From Eledone cirrhosa (Eukaryota): a stretch of 64,000 nucleotides of DNA. Positions 42,260-56,777 of this stretch are shown here, piece by piece (the first letter of the stretch is position 1; each line of letters starts with the position of its first letter). The notes under the pieces were generated by a model. That model made no database searches and was not told the origin of the DNA. It saw only the letters and a program-made list of their open reading frames with translations. The translations under genes and the position numbers were made by a program. The stretch covers positions 79,360,001-79,424,000 of the forward strand of contig OZ024746.1 of NCBI GenBank assembly GCA_964016885.1, written 5' to 3'.

Positions 42260-42804
42260 TACGTATATATATGCATGAATATGCACCATCAAACATGAGT
42301 ATATATATATAATACTTTCATACATACATACATTCATACATACACACATACATAGATAGATGCATACATACGTATATACAGCACATAAGTTGATTGTGTG
42401 TCTTATGTACAATTATATATTAATATGTACATATTGAAATATATTAAAGATTGCGGCGAAATGTTTAATTCGATTATGGAATTTTTTTAAATTTAATCTC
42501 AGATTTACATAATCAATTTTTAGTTTTCTGTAACCAACAATGCTTTACAAATGGGAAAATTTTATTTTCTTGTCTTATATTATTTCTGTTTTAAAATTAT
42601 TATATTTATAGAATACATAATTATTCCTATATCGGTGCATTTACATTACTTTACAGAAATCTTTATTATTATTTTTACTCATATATATATATAATTTCTT
42701 TCGTACAAAATATACATATGTGTGTCAGTGTATTTGTATCTCTGCTCGTCTTTGAATATTATGTAGAAATTCACTCATATATATGTATATATGTAAGTAG
42801 TTTG

Positions 42805-43516
<712 letters not shown>

Positions 43517-43943
43517 CACTTATAAATCTGTAGGTTTGCCAGCTTGTATGTATGTATGTTTGCATGTATATATATACTCTTCAAATCACTCAATTAAATA
43601 TCAACTCCAATATAATTAGAGTGAAGTATACTTAGATGATATGGAAAAAAGGGAATGAAAAGGAACAAGAAGTATTTTAAGAGTTAAAAGAAGATGAAAA
43701 AATATGTAAAACTGCAAACATTAAAGCAAAATTGAATGGTAAAATTATTATAATTTAAGAAATACGTATATATAAAAGCAAAATGCAAAATAAAATCAGA
43801 AATTTAAAGAAATTATATAAATTTAAAAATATATATAGTGATGTAGAAACGTAGAAATGTATAAATATATTGCATTTGAAATGTCTGACATCGGGTATAT
43901 AAATGATTAAAAGTCTCTTAATAAACAAATAAAGAAACGTTTT

Positions 43944-44021
<78 letters not shown>

Positions 44022-44116
44022 ATACATATATATATACATATATATATATATATGTATATATATACATGGAAAACGTTTCTTTCCCATATACATAATTCTG
44101 AGTGTGTGTGTGTAAG

Positions 44117-44147
<31 letters not shown>

Positions 44148-44219
44148 ATATATATATAAATCTATATATACATAATTGAAAATGTATAAATTATTCAAGA
44201 CCCGTTAATATATGTATGC

Positions 44220-44356
<137 letters not shown>

Positions 44357-44719
44357 TGTATGTATGTATGTATGTATGTATGTATGTATGTGTGTTCCTA
44401 AATATGTATGCATTTATGATTTATCTATGCACGACTTATGTATAGACTGTGTTACAGTAGTAGTTATATAGATTGTCTAGAGTTGAAATGAAATTGAAAT
44501 GAAATGAAAATGTTTGAAAAGGGGTATGTGGAGGGAAGTGTATTTTATTTTATATTTAATATCTTGTAGCAAGAATTATTATTGGAAAGAAGGAAATGGC
44601 TTAATGAAATCTCAGTTGCAATTTAATGATTGCATATATGAAATTGAAAGAGCTGGTTATCACTATATTAATACAGCCGTTAATTATCTTCGACAGACAC
44701 TTAATATATGTAATATATA

Positions 44720-44797
<78 letters not shown>

Positions 44798-44846
44798 CAT
44801 GTGTGTGTGTGTGTGTATGCATGCATTCACAATATATACATATATA

Positions 44847-44958
44847 TAACGAAGGAAGAGTGGTAAGGAACCAGATGGACCATAAGGCACCAGAGTACTC
44901 AATACAGTCCAGAGATAGCCGTCGAAACGACTTGAGCTCTGCCGTCGGGGTCAAATAT

Positions 44959-44962
<4 letters not shown>
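44847..44962. mobile_element. Family A copy with non-overlapping inverted halves
   Basis: Tail in minus orientation (44847-44905) joined to head agtccag...ggggtc in plus orientation (44906-44962). Confidence 0.8.
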
Positions 44963-44989
<27 letters not shown>

Positions 44990-45158
44990 CAAACCCTCCA
45001 TCACAATTTTACTGTTAAAAAGCATAAGAACTGTGAAATATATAAATATTCTTAAAAAGACTCCAGTTGCATTTTCGATTTCTTTTCCTTATACTTCCAC
45101 CCGTGTAGGACATCTTTTTCTTTTTCTTTGTGTTTTTTTAATAGAAAAAAGACATTTT

Positions 45159-45199
<41 letters not shown>

Positions 45200-45202
<3 letters not shown>

Positions 45203-45272
45203 AAAAGGTTTGACCCCGACGGCACAGCTCAAGCCGTTTTGACGGCTATTTCTGGACCAGCAATAGCCGTCG
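45200..45272 (-). mobile_element. Family A fragment with short fold-back
   Basis: gaccccgacggc...gacggctatttctggaccagcaatagccgtc. Confidence 0.75.
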
Positions 45273-45939
45273 CTATCACAATTAACATGTATACCCACAT
45301 GTTATATATCGTAGAATATTGTAAGTCACCATATTCCAAAGGGTTTACAAGGTATTACTGCTGTGTTTGTTGTCTTCGTTTTTGTTACTGCTGTTGTTTT
45401 TTTTCTTCTTCTTCTTCTTCTTCTCTTCCCCTTGGTGATCTCTCAGACGGGGGGGGGGGGGCTCTTCTAATCAAAAGCAACTCACTTGTAACCATGTCCC
45501 ATTGGTTTCTTTGATTTCAGACAGCAGGTTTAGAACTACATAATCTTGTGTGTCCTTTCATACATTTTAGGACAGTAAAATATAGATTTAGGGAAATTTG
45601 GCTGCTATTTGATGCACATTGAATAACCATACAATGACTTTCTTCATTGGCTTCAATAAAATAACTTTTAAAATGTTTTAGGAAATACAGAAAATACAGT
45701 ATGGAATAGTTAACTTTGACTTATATTACATACCTATACGTGAGTGTGTATGTATTAAATCTTTCCTTATCATCTTTCTAATGAAATTAATTTTTTTGAA
45801 AATGAGAAATTTAATAAAATAACTAACATTTTCATGTGTAAGCTATTTGAAACATCATTTAACAAAAAAAAAGGGGAAATTGTGACGAAGCATTTAATAT
45901 AAATGCATGTATGTATTATGGTCCCTTAACTACTGATAG

Positions 45940-46445
45940 AGTCGTAAAGAAGCCTCATTGACATACGGCGTTTCTTGGCCATTTAAAATCCGACGGGGCC
46001 CATCCCTCTCCAGGCCTGAGTACAGCAGATTTCTCCCAGAGAAAGATAGAAAGTGGGAGAGAGGAAATGAGAAAGAGATATAGAGGAAGAATCCACCCCA
46101 GTACTAGATTGGTACTTTTTTTTATCGACTTCGAAAGGATGAAAGGCAAAGTTGACCTCGGCGGGATTTGAACTCCGAGAGTAGAGTCGGAACGAATACT
46201 ATAAAGAATTTTATCCGACGTTCTAACGACTCTGCCAATTCGCCGCCTTTAATATAAATAACTGTTTCTACTTTAGGCACAAGGCCAGCAATTACCCAGT
46301 GAATTACTGGTACTTTATTTTATCGACCCCGTAAGGATGAAAGGCAAAGTCAACCTCGGCGGGATTTGAACTCAGATCGTAAAGGGACGTAACTATGCTG
46401 GAAAGCATGGCGTCCGACCCTCTACCGATACTGCCAATCTACAGC
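45940..46445 (-). mobile_element. Alternative-tail SINE (45940-46248) abutted by a young main-family SINE (46262-46445) with TSD
   Basis: Direct repeat gccttt(t)aatataaataac at about 46245 and 46444. Confidence 0.85.
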
Positions 46446-47404
46446 CTTTAATATAAATAACAACACTTTAAAATGAGCTGTTTTGTATCAGGTGGGATTA
46501 TTTCAAATAGCCTGACCAGCATTAGACTTACGAGTGAACATTGGCTGGCTTTTGAGTAGTTATCATGAGAAACAATGCTTTCTCGAATACGAAAATATAT
46601 ATATATAAAACACATACCAAAAATATTCAGACGCCATATGAAGCAATAGCAGATTATATTCAGCCGCTGAAGTTCCATATTATATGGAACTATATAAGCT
46701 CCTGTGTCATATTTTATATTATAGATTATTTTCAATGATATTTATCTACAAGATATACAATATTATTGTAAACTTTTCTAATCACAATGCTTGGCTAAGT
46801 ATATTTGAGTGTGTGTATGTATGTGTGTGTTTGTGTGTGTGTATTTATAGGAGTATGTGTGCGGGCATGTATGCGTATAGGTGTATATGTGTGTGTATGT
46901 GTATGTGTATGTATATGCGTGTAGATATATACGTATATATATGTGTGTGTGTGTGTATGTATTTCGAATTTCCAAGAAAAACAAGAGATGACGTTTCAAA
47001 TGTCAGTGAAGTTTGTAAGATACAATTTTAGCCAGAGGTATATTTTGCACAATAAAAAGATAAAGAAACGCCATTGTCAACGCGGTAAATGCTATCTATG
47101 TAAACGTTTGAGAGATGAGCTACTTTCAGTCAGGAAGCATCGAGAGTTAAAACAAACATTGCGCGTCAGAAATAATAACATAAAAACAAATGAAACACTG
47201 TCCACAAAAAAGGATTTACTCTGCTGCTGTGTTAATTCCGGCTATAAAAAGAGAAATAGCTAACATCTGAAATATACTACTGGTTGGCTGACTTAGAAAT
47301 GAATAGTTATTGAGAGGGGGAGACTTGAAAACATCAAATATTACTCAGTTTTAAATGGATAGGCACTGATTCTTATTATTAATTCAGAATAATGGATATA
47401 ATAA

Positions 47405-47635
47405 TTGTTTCTTTTGTCATAAGGTCAGCAGTTTGAAAGGAAGAGAAAGTCGATTAAATCAACTCCAGTGCGTTACTGGAACTTTATTTTATCGAACCCG
47501 TTAAGGTGAAAGGCAAAGCTAACATCGCTGCGATTTGAACTCAGTTACGGCCCCTTTACGTTCAAATCACACAGAGGTAAGCTTTGCCTTTCCTCCTTTC
47601 GGGGTCGTCGATACGATAAAGTACAAGTAAGGTAT
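47405..47635. mobile_element. Head-to-head pair of truncated SINEs
   Basis: Minus-strand core at 47480-47543 followed by plus-strand core at 47560-47625. Confidence 0.7.
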
Positions 47636-48561
47636 TGACCAAGCTGGGGTTATAGTAGTGTACATTCAATGTGCCGCACAGTTGGACTGAACTCAGTACC
47701 AGCCATGTCTGCGCCCATTATATTCATTAGTATTTTATTCTTCAAGGCTTGAGAACTATTTCAAGAACTTGATTGTCTTAAAAGAGAATCCAGTATATTT
47801 TAGAACACGTTTTTATAGCGTTCTAGGTTTAAACATGTTTAATGTTAAAAATATGATTTCTTTTCATGGAGAATTTTTAATGATAGCTTCAAACACTGCG
47901 AGAGAATGTCCTGACTATATTTATAGATCGTAATATTACCATTTACTAAAACCTGCTGAAATTTATCTTTATAGTTAAGTATATCTCTGGAAGATACGCA
48001 AGATTATTTTTGCAGTATTCATTCCAGCTTACCGCATTCTGAGTTCAAATCCCGGTGAGGTCAACTTTACCTTTCATTCTTTCAGCCAGTTATTGAGATC
48101 AAATCTTCATCTATATCTCTTTCTCAATTCCTCTCAACCACCATCTATCCTAATATGGATGAAATCAGTTGAGTTCTGACTTGGAGAGGGATGAACTCCA
48201 TCATATATAACATGTCCAAGAAACGCCCTAGGTCACGACGGTGCATTTAAGACCCCATGAAGTGTTACGGATCCATACCTACATATATCTGCTGAAAAAT
48301 AAATATAAATAGTAGGTTATCTTCTGAAACGTTTATATCAAACTCCTGATCTGTACGCCGAACCAACGAGACATAACATAACTAATGGAATCGATATATA
48401 AACCACACCGCTGAAATTGTCCCCTAAAAGTACGAGTAGATCGCGAAAATCTGAGTAACGAAAGAAGGATGTATTAGTGGTGAACCCTAAATGACAATAC
48501 TCTATAAGATGCATTGAGTACTTTTTCTCCAAGTAACACATATACAAACACAGACACATAT

Positions 48562-48621
<60 letters not shown>

Positions 48622-48622
48622 G

Positions 48623-48694
<72 letters not shown>

Positions 48695-48847
48695 TATATA
48701 TATACATATTCATATATAATATATATATATATTTATATATATATATATATGGGGTTCACGAATATACATATGGATGTATACATTTATGTGTATATATATA
48801 TATATATATAATATAAGATCAAAAGATGGTTAAAAGAGTTCCATGTA

Positions 48848-48914
48848 TTTTATTATGCGCATTTCAAAAATAAATATCATCATGGGATGATATTTGCGTT
48901 CTCATCAGATAAAA
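48848..48914 (-). ncRNA. Type-I hammerhead ribozyme (family C insert 48810-48980)
   Basis: TTTTAT CTGATGA ..AAATATCATC-ccat-GATGATATTT.. GAAA TGCGCA TA ATAAAA. Confidence 0.85.
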
Positions 48915-48986
48915 TAGGAAGACATGATATGAAGCTTAAAAAACACTTGCGAGCAGTGAAGTGTTAGATCAACATATCTATATATA

Positions 48987-49140
48987 TCAATAGAAAAAAG
49001 AACCAAGTTATACTGAAACCATATCTTTATTCTACATATGTTTCAATATAGAGCGGTGGGTCATACCACGATATATAACGAGGTATTTGTTCATCGCTCA
49101 TATTTACCCAGGATCTATATTAGAATACCCCAATATCGCC
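48987..49140 (-). mobile_element. TA-flanked insert with hammerhead 3' half
   Basis: Minus strand GAAA CATATG TA GAATAAA. No intact CTGANGA seen. Confidence 0.45.
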
Positions 49141-49173
<33 letters not shown>

Positions 49174-49179
49174 ATATAT

Positions 49180-49293
49180 AGGAAAATGTAAGACCCCGAC
49201 GGAGAGCTCAAGCCGTTTCGACGGCTATTTCTGGTGCGTTATGGTCCATCTGGTTCCCTACCACAACTCCTTCGTTATATATATAACGAAGGA

Positions 49294-49296
<3 letters not shown>
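49180..49296. mobile_element. Family A copy with inverted halves joined at tctgg microhomology
   Basis: Head (minus) to 49234, tail (plus) to 49277, then an extra inverted stub taacgaaggag. Confidence 0.8.
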
Positions 49297-49332
<36 letters not shown>

Positions 49333-49418
49333 AATCTAGTGCGAGTAAAATTCCCGAGATTTATTTACTGTTATAAGTAGATAGAAAAATAAATAGATAG
49401 AAGAATAGATTTGAAAAA

Positions 49419-49461
<43 letters not shown>

Positions 49462-50109
49462 ATGGATAAATAGATAAATAAATGAAGAGATGGGCATATC
49501 GTGTTATTTTAATGAGTTTTGAGGGATATTAGTTTTGTATTTAATGTAAGTAAATATTAAGTTAAATTAAATTAAGTTAACTGAGTTATTTATATTTATA
49601 TATTTTAAAATGGGAAGATACGGAGAAAACTCCAGTTTTGTTTATTTATTCATTAGTATGAGACTATTTTGCCAAAATAAGTATAAATGTTAAAGATATA
49701 TTTAGCCAGAATTAGTTAGTGTTTATAAATCTAATAAAAGATATTGAAAAAATATTAAAAATTTCGGGAAAATTTAAAAAAAAAATAATTTATAAGAGAT
49801 AAGTAATATAAAAAAAAAAGTAATTTTTAAAAATAGATAAAAAATTAAAGAAATTAAAAATAAAGAATTAAAAATTATTAAGATTAAAATTACAATTAAA
49901 ATTAAAATTAATATTAAAATTAAAATTAAAATTAAAATTAAAAAATTAGAATTATATATGTATATATTTTAAGAAACTTTAAGAAGTGAAATTATAGCAA
50001 ATGTTATAGATATGATTTAAAGATATCAATATATTAAAACCAAGTGGATAAGATTGTCATGGAAATAAGTAGAAATATTATAAGTGTAATTATAATTTAT
50101 ATATAGTTC

Positions 50110-50658
50110 TAAACGTTGAATTCAGGCGATGTCTACAAGAACTAAATAAATTTGTCCTTATATTAATAGAGTATTTAAGTATGAAAAAAATTTCCTCAAC
50201 ATACAATTTGCAAAATCTAGATAAAGCTGTGTTTCGGTATGCGGGTGCTTACGAAACTATTTCTCAAGTTAAAGAATAGTCCATATTCTTGCATTTTAAG
50301 TTCCATATCAGGTTTGAAAGAGAAGTTGAAGATTTTTTATCAAATCTTTGGAAAGAGCATTTGTGATTATTCCAACGACTTTTAAATTCTGTAGAAGTTG
50401 CACCGACATAGTTAAATATATTATCACTGGTTTTGACCGTGCATTTAAAGACCACGTCCTTATCTAAACACTTATTTTGTAAAGGACAGTTTAAATTAAT
50501 TCTACAGTTACATTTTGCGGAGTTGTTATTCAAAACGGTACTATTATGTTGGATATTGCTAGAGATATTACTGCTATTTTGGTTATGGTTTAAATTTCTA
50601 TTATTGATTCTATTTATATTCTGTGCTATTTTCATAGTAGTAGAGTAAGATAGTTTTA
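50110..50658 (-). pseudogene. PLE GIY-YIG endonuclease C-terminal fragment (Nematis-like)
   Basis: CNCR..CPLQNKCL..VVFKCTV..YVGAT..FKSRWNNH..SF..TSLS..IWNLK, continuing through stops to a terminal CRHR motif. Confidence 0.85.
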
Positions 50659-50664
50659 TATATA

Positions 50665-50903
50665 TGTGGAAAAGAATGAAACGAAATTTCCTTTCTCACT
50701 CTTAGTACAGCTGCTACTTAAATGTAAGTATATATACGTTCAAACATATATGTATACAGACGTATATATATGCATACATGCACACATATATATATGTACG
50801 TATGGGTTTACCGAACATTTATTATAATGTTCGGTTTGTTTGTAAACAAACAGCCCGATTTACGCCGTACAGTGTTCGGCAACCATCGTCGCCTTTTTGT
50901 TCA

Positions 50904-50905
<2 letters not shown>
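50665..50905 (-). mobile_element. Family B 3' fragment, truncated before the ribozyme
   Basis: aatgaaacgaaatttc...cttagtacag...ttgttcaacac. Confidence 0.8.
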
Positions 50906-50935
<30 letters not shown>

Positions 50936-50936
50936 G

Positions 50937-51074
50937 AGTACAGAATTAGCCGTCGAAACGGCTTGAGCTCAGCCGTCGGGGTCTTACTTGTTCCTATTAC
51001 CCACTCTACTACCCTAAGTATTGAGTACTTTGGTGCGTTATGGTCCACCTGGTTCCTTACCACATTTCCTTCGT

Positions 51075-51076
<2 letters not shown>
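50937..51076 (+). mobile_element. Family A single unit (about 140 nt)
   Basis: agtacagaattagccgtcgaaacgg...ccttcgtta between TA tracts. Confidence 0.8.
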
Positions 51077-51130
<54 letters not shown>

Positions 51131-51439
51131 TGTGTGTGTGTGTGTATAGTTACATTTGACAAAGTATAGATTTCTGTGCATTTAAATGTTACGTCGGTCT
51201 TTACAACATAATCTGCTTTCTCCATCTAAATACACACACACCATAATCAGCATCACATACACACAAATACATACACACACATACAGAGACACACAAACGC
51301 ACGTACATGCACACACACACATTACACGCTGCTTCACACACCTACAAATAAATACATACACATAAACACAAAGTTTGGATTGAACACAAACCCAATCATG
51401 GGTTTAATATAAAAAATAATCTACTCGCATTTAAAAAAG

Positions 51440-51486
<47 letters not shown>

Positions 51487-51857
51487 CATTTATATATATA
51501 CATATAGATACGCATATACAAACAAGCATACATATATATAAATATACATATATATATATATTTATGTGTGACTATATATATGCGTAATGACATACACACA
51601 CGCATGTATACATACATAAGTAAAGACATACATACACAAATACGTACACAAATTCATTCATGTTCATGCATACATATATATACATACATACATACACACT
51701 AATATACATGCATATACACATACATACATACACACAGAAATACATACATACATACTTACATAAATACATACATAGATACATACATACATAAATACAAACT
51801 CACACACATACACACAAACACATACATACATACTAACTTATATACATACATACATAT

Positions 51858-51888
<31 letters not shown>

Positions 51889-52517
51889 CATATATACATA
51901 CGGTATAAACATTGGCCCAATAAAAGTGAAATGTTGTCCTCCGATCAATACATTGAAACTATCACCATAGCCCAGCAATTTACTGATATCTATCTATAAT
52001 CAATAAGAAAATGCCACTAACTAATGATATATTACATTTCTCAGTTATTATAGAACCAGGCTGCCTAGTTGGCCTGTTCAGTCATCCATGAAATACATGC
52101 TTAGTTACATAGCTCTGTGAATCTGTATTATAATCACGTATGGTACATTACGGCAGCGAATACATACTTATTCACACACACAAACGTATAGTCGCAACGG
52201 GTGCAAGCAAAGAAACTTCACCAAACGCTTAAACGTATAGAGATAAATGCGCAATTTCATGAACATACACATGCAAGTTTATGTACAAGAATGTACGTAC
52301 GCACAATTATTATGCCTATGGAAACATATATACACTCACCGATATCTGCATCTTGATATATACTCGAATTCATATCGAATATATACGCATGATTGTGTGA
52401 CTGCTTTCATGTTTCTATGTCGATGCCACTATATTTATCCATATGTCTAAATGTATAGCGACTAATGCGTCTGCAGATTGTATAGACACACTCTCACATA
52501 TACATATACACTTATGC

Positions 52518-52584
<67 letters not shown>

Positions 52585-52625
52585 ATGTATGTATACATAC
52601 ATATATATATGTATATGTATATATG

Positions 52626-52656
<31 letters not shown>

Positions 52657-52722
52657 GTGTATGTATATATGTATATATGTATATATGTATATATGTATAT
52701 GTATATATGTATATATATGTAT

Positions 52723-52771
<49 letters not shown>

Positions 52772-52772
<1 letters not shown>

Positions 52773-52818
52773 TTATACTTGGGGAGGGTCATATTTGTGT
52801 AATAATATTGCCAGAATT

Positions 52819-52823
<5 letters not shown>
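52772..52823 (-). mobile_element. 50-bp stub of the Neptune-like pLTR in (TA)n
   Basis: gttatacttggggagggtcatatttgtg...gccagaattaata matches 20056-20103. Confidence 0.75.
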
Positions 52824-52856
<33 letters not shown>

Positions 52857-52857
52857 C

Positions 52858-52893
<36 letters not shown>

Positions 52894-52925
52894 ATATATA
52901 TGTATATGTATATGTATACATATAA

Positions 52926-52957
<32 letters not shown>

Positions 52958-53129
52958 GTAAGTATGTGTGTGTGTCGCTCTCTATGAGTGCGTATGTGTG
53001 TGTATATATGCATCCGTCTATATATATATATATATATGGGTATACACATATATGCACATTTAGTTGTATGAGCACATAACCATATAATCAATCAATAAAA
53101 ACATATGCTCGAAGCACATGCAAATATAA

Positions 53130-53194
<65 letters not shown>

Positions 53195-53689
53195 CACAAA
53201 CACTCATACATTATATAGTTTCTGTCTGTGTCTCAGCCTCTCAGCAGTTAGTCACACTTGAACACACAATATAATACACAGACAACACCCCATTCCAAAC
53301 ACGAATATATACTCTCATAACAACATGTGTATACAGATTGATATTTCTACACGTGTATATATAGTTTACGATTCTCTCCTATCTATGAAATGTATTACGC
53401 CGATGAGAATTCACACTCAACTAGACAAAACATTGGATAGAAACCATTCTATTGCAGGATAATTTCCACCAATTATGTATAATCCAACAGCGGCGAATTT
53501 GGCAGTGTCTTTAGATCTTCGGACAGAATGCCTTGCGGTATTTGTTGCATCGGCCTACACGCATATATACCCGTGTATTGAGCAGCCAAAGAAATAAAAC
53601 ATTCGCTTAAACGTTCACATACGTATGTAATTTCATATATGCATGTATGTTTATGTAGTTGCCATCTTACGAATATACCCATATATACA

Positions 53690-53743
<54 letters not shown>

Positions 53744-53748
<5 letters not shown>

Positions 53749-53995
53749 ATACTTTGGGGGGGGGGGGTCATGTTGCAATAAGAAACACATGCACCAGTTG
53801 ATTTCACTTCAATTATTATAATAAATTTATAAATTTAGGAATTTATAAATTTCCGGTTGGTTGGTTGGTTCCACAACCAGATAGTTGTTTATATATTGTC
53901 AAAGTTCTTTCGTCACACATTATGTGACCTCTTCAGTGACTGGGGATTCTTTTCTTTATTTTTGTGCCTCTCATTTGTTCTGTCCTACGCCATCT
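53744..53995 (-). mobile_element. Neptune-related pLTR fragment
   Basis: Shares ttgttatactt.ggg..ggtcat, aaagttctttcg and ctacgccatct with 20010-20320. (TA)n flanks. Confidence 0.7.
53898..53940 (-). ncRNA. Minimal type-I hammerhead ribozyme
   Basis: GTCA CTGAAGA gGTCACA-taatg-TGTGAC GAAA GAAC TT TGAC. Confidence 0.8.
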
Positions 53996-54016
53996 TATAT
54001 ATATAATATATAATAT

Positions 54017-54072
<56 letters not shown>

Positions 54073-54076
<4 letters not shown>

Positions 54077-54269
54077 GAAGGAAATGTGGTAAGAAACCAG
54101 ATGGACCATAACGCACCAGAGTACTCAATACTTAGGGTCGTAGAGTGGGTAATAGGAAAAATGATGACCCCGACGGCAGAGCTCAAGCCGTTTCGACGGC
54201 TATTTCTGGACTCAGAAATAGCTGTCGAAACGGCTTGAGCTCTGCCGTCGGGGTCATACTTTTTCCTAT
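54073..54269 (-). mobile_element. Family A palindromic micro-element
   Basis: Full minus unit plus inverted head, centre tctggactcagaaa. Confidence 0.8.
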
Positions 54270-54271
54270 AA

Positions 54272-54321
<50 letters not shown>

Positions 54322-54335
54322 ATATATATATATAA

Positions 54336-54800
54336 TTGTTTTGCGAGGTTTTTGATATGAAATCGTGTGTCAACACAAATATTGTTTTATATATATATAT
54401 ATTGTTATACTTGGGGAGGGTCATATTGTTGTAATAATATTGCCAGAATTAATAACAGAACACACTCACTGTTTGGTTGGTTTTCGCTTCTGTATCTTTT
54501 ATATCGGTTAATTCATTTGGTCCTCAATGTTTACCATTGACTGACCAACGGTCAAAAATACAGATATGATATAGATATAAACCCACATATATATATAGTC
54601 TAACAAAGTTCTTTCGTTGCACATCTGCAACATCGTCAGTGGTGCTATTACATTCCTCCTCTGTTGTATTGTATATTTACGCCATACAAAAGATACAGAA
54701 GCGAAAACCAACCAAAGAGTGAGTGTGTTCTGTTATTAATTCTGGCAATTAATTCTACCAATATTATTACAACAATATGACCCTCCCCAAGTATAAACAA
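54336..54800 (-). mobile_element. Neptune-like pLTR with inverted arm and TA-split tail
   Basis: Arms about 54401-54503 and 54684-54800. Hammerhead CTGACGA tGTTGC-agatgt-GCAAC GAAA GAAC TT at 54602-54643. Confidence 0.8.
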
Positions 54801-55104
54801 TATATATATATGTAATATATATGCTTATAAATATTAGCAGTCCCGAGCTAGCCATTACACAGTCACTTGGTCTGCTAGAAATAGCCGCCACGTCTTTTGC
54901 AAGATAACGTCTTTAAAAAGGAATGAGACGGATTAAATATACGAAAAAAAAAAAATAAATAAAAGGACAGGCTGGTTACTGCTCTAAATTTTCTGATAAC
55001 ACGTCACCAAATTCAAGGCTGAATCTGAAGCTTATTTTCTTGGCGTGCCGAGTTCTTCAAGGGAAGGACAATATATATCGTACATTCAAACATTGTAAAA
55101 AAAT

Positions 55105-55820
55105 CCCACAGATCTATACCAGGTAAGCGGCTGATGAGGGTTTTGGATGCTTGTTTGTTGTTTAACTATGGCTTTACTTGCACCTGAGTAATATGTTTGG
55201 TTGTATATATATACTTTCTCGAATACACCCACTCTGCATATCACCATGTAAGGAGTACTTCTTTAATTTGGGGTCGGACCAATGTCACGATTTTGGTCAT
55301 GATTTCACAGCTTCACAATGATAACAATTTATATATAACATTAGTTATTCGCAGTATGATCTACAGTCTACTCGTCGGTGGCTGCGTGTTAACGAGGACT
55401 GTTTGCTATTTGTTTTGGTATTTTTGTAGTATATTCTAAGTATGAATCTATGTCAATACATATTGTGTTTTGTTTTAGGAGATTTTACTGTCGTGTCCAT
55501 CCTCTCTGTATCCAGAGTGTATTGGATTATTGTAGAATACGAAATCTGTGGTATGAGTAATTTTTCTTAGTGCTGCTTCTGTCGCATCAATGTGTCTAGA
55601 TGTGGTCTATGGAAGTCTTTACTAACTAAAGTTTGTGGCATGCACATACATACACATAACCTGCTCGTCCCCTCAATCTATCTTATTTCTCATTCTTTTT
55701 TTCTGATGAAGGACTAGCTACCGAAACGTTAAGACCCTCTTCCTGCTATATCAAGCGTTAACCTAATATATTCCTTCCATATACAGTACCTATTGTGTTG
55801 TTATTCCTGTTTACCTTTTA
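55105..55820 (-). mobile_element. Degenerate PLE ORF 3' fragment (minus) with inverted hammerhead-bearing pLTR piece (plus)
   Basis: Minus-strand pieces LRIYYKNTKT, TNVIYK, DIGPT and MQSGCIRE. Plus strand tttt CTGATGA aGG-actagcta-CC GAAA CG TT aaga at 55699-55734. Confidence 0.6.
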
Positions 55821-55979
55821 CATACATACATATATATATATATATATGTAAAAGTTCTATTTAAATTGTTGGGATACAACAAGAAAATATTTTTATAACT
55901 GATATGAAGCACTCAACAAATATTTGGAGTAAAAATACGATATTAACAAATGGAAACTATATTTATAAAACCATATTTA

Positions 55980-56040
55980 TTTCATTATACATATTTCAAG
56001 GACACCAAGTTAAATTATGGTGTGCTTTCATCAGATAAAA
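55980..56040 (-). ncRNA. Type-I hammerhead ribozyme (mirror copy)
   Basis: Reverse complement of 56205-56265. Confidence 0.8.
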
Positions 56041-56204
56041 TACAATATAGATCAGTTTTATAAATAAATATTGACATACCCTTAAAAAATGCAACCATTA
56101 CTGTTGGAAGCTCCCGGATAGTACTATCCGGGAGCTTCCAACAGTAATGGTTGCATTTTTTAAGGGTATGTCAATATTTATTTATAAAACTGATCTATAT
56201 TGTA

Positions 56205-56265
56205 TTTTATCTGATGAAAGCACACCATAATTTAACTTGGTGTCCTTGAAATATGTATAATGAAA
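56205..56265 (+). ncRNA. Type-I hammerhead ribozyme
   Basis: TTTTAT CTGATGA AAGcACACCA-loop-TGGTGTcCTT GAAA TATGTA TA ATGAAA. Confidence 0.8.
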
Positions 56266-56601
56266 TAAATATGGTTTTATAAATATAGTTTCCATTTGTT
56301 AATATCGTATTATATATATATATATGATTATATATATATATATATGATTATATATATATGTGTGTACGTGCGTGTGTGTGGGTACGTGTGTGTGTGTGAT
56401 ACAGAGAGAGAGCACAGTATATTGGTATGCACGTGTATATGTGACTGTATGTATGTGTGTGTGTGTTTATACACATACATACAATTATGTATATATATAT
56501 ATATGGACTATCATAAAATTGTAGGAATCTCAAATGCGAGAGTAGCTGTAAACAGCCGGTTGCTATGTGCATAATACATCTATCTATATCTATCTATCTA
56601 T

Positions 56602-56657
<56 letters not shown>

Positions 56658-56718
56658 TCTCTCTCTCCCTCTCTCTCTCTCACTCTCTCTCTCTCTCTCT
56701 CTCTCGCACCATTCCTAA

Positions 56719-56777
<59 letters not shown>

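Larger units (their letters stand above)
55848..56311. mobile_element. Family D: perfect 378-bp palindrome plus tail
   Basis: 55934-56122 is the exact reverse complement of 56123-56311 by eye, with no loop. (TA)n flanks. Confidence 0.85.
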
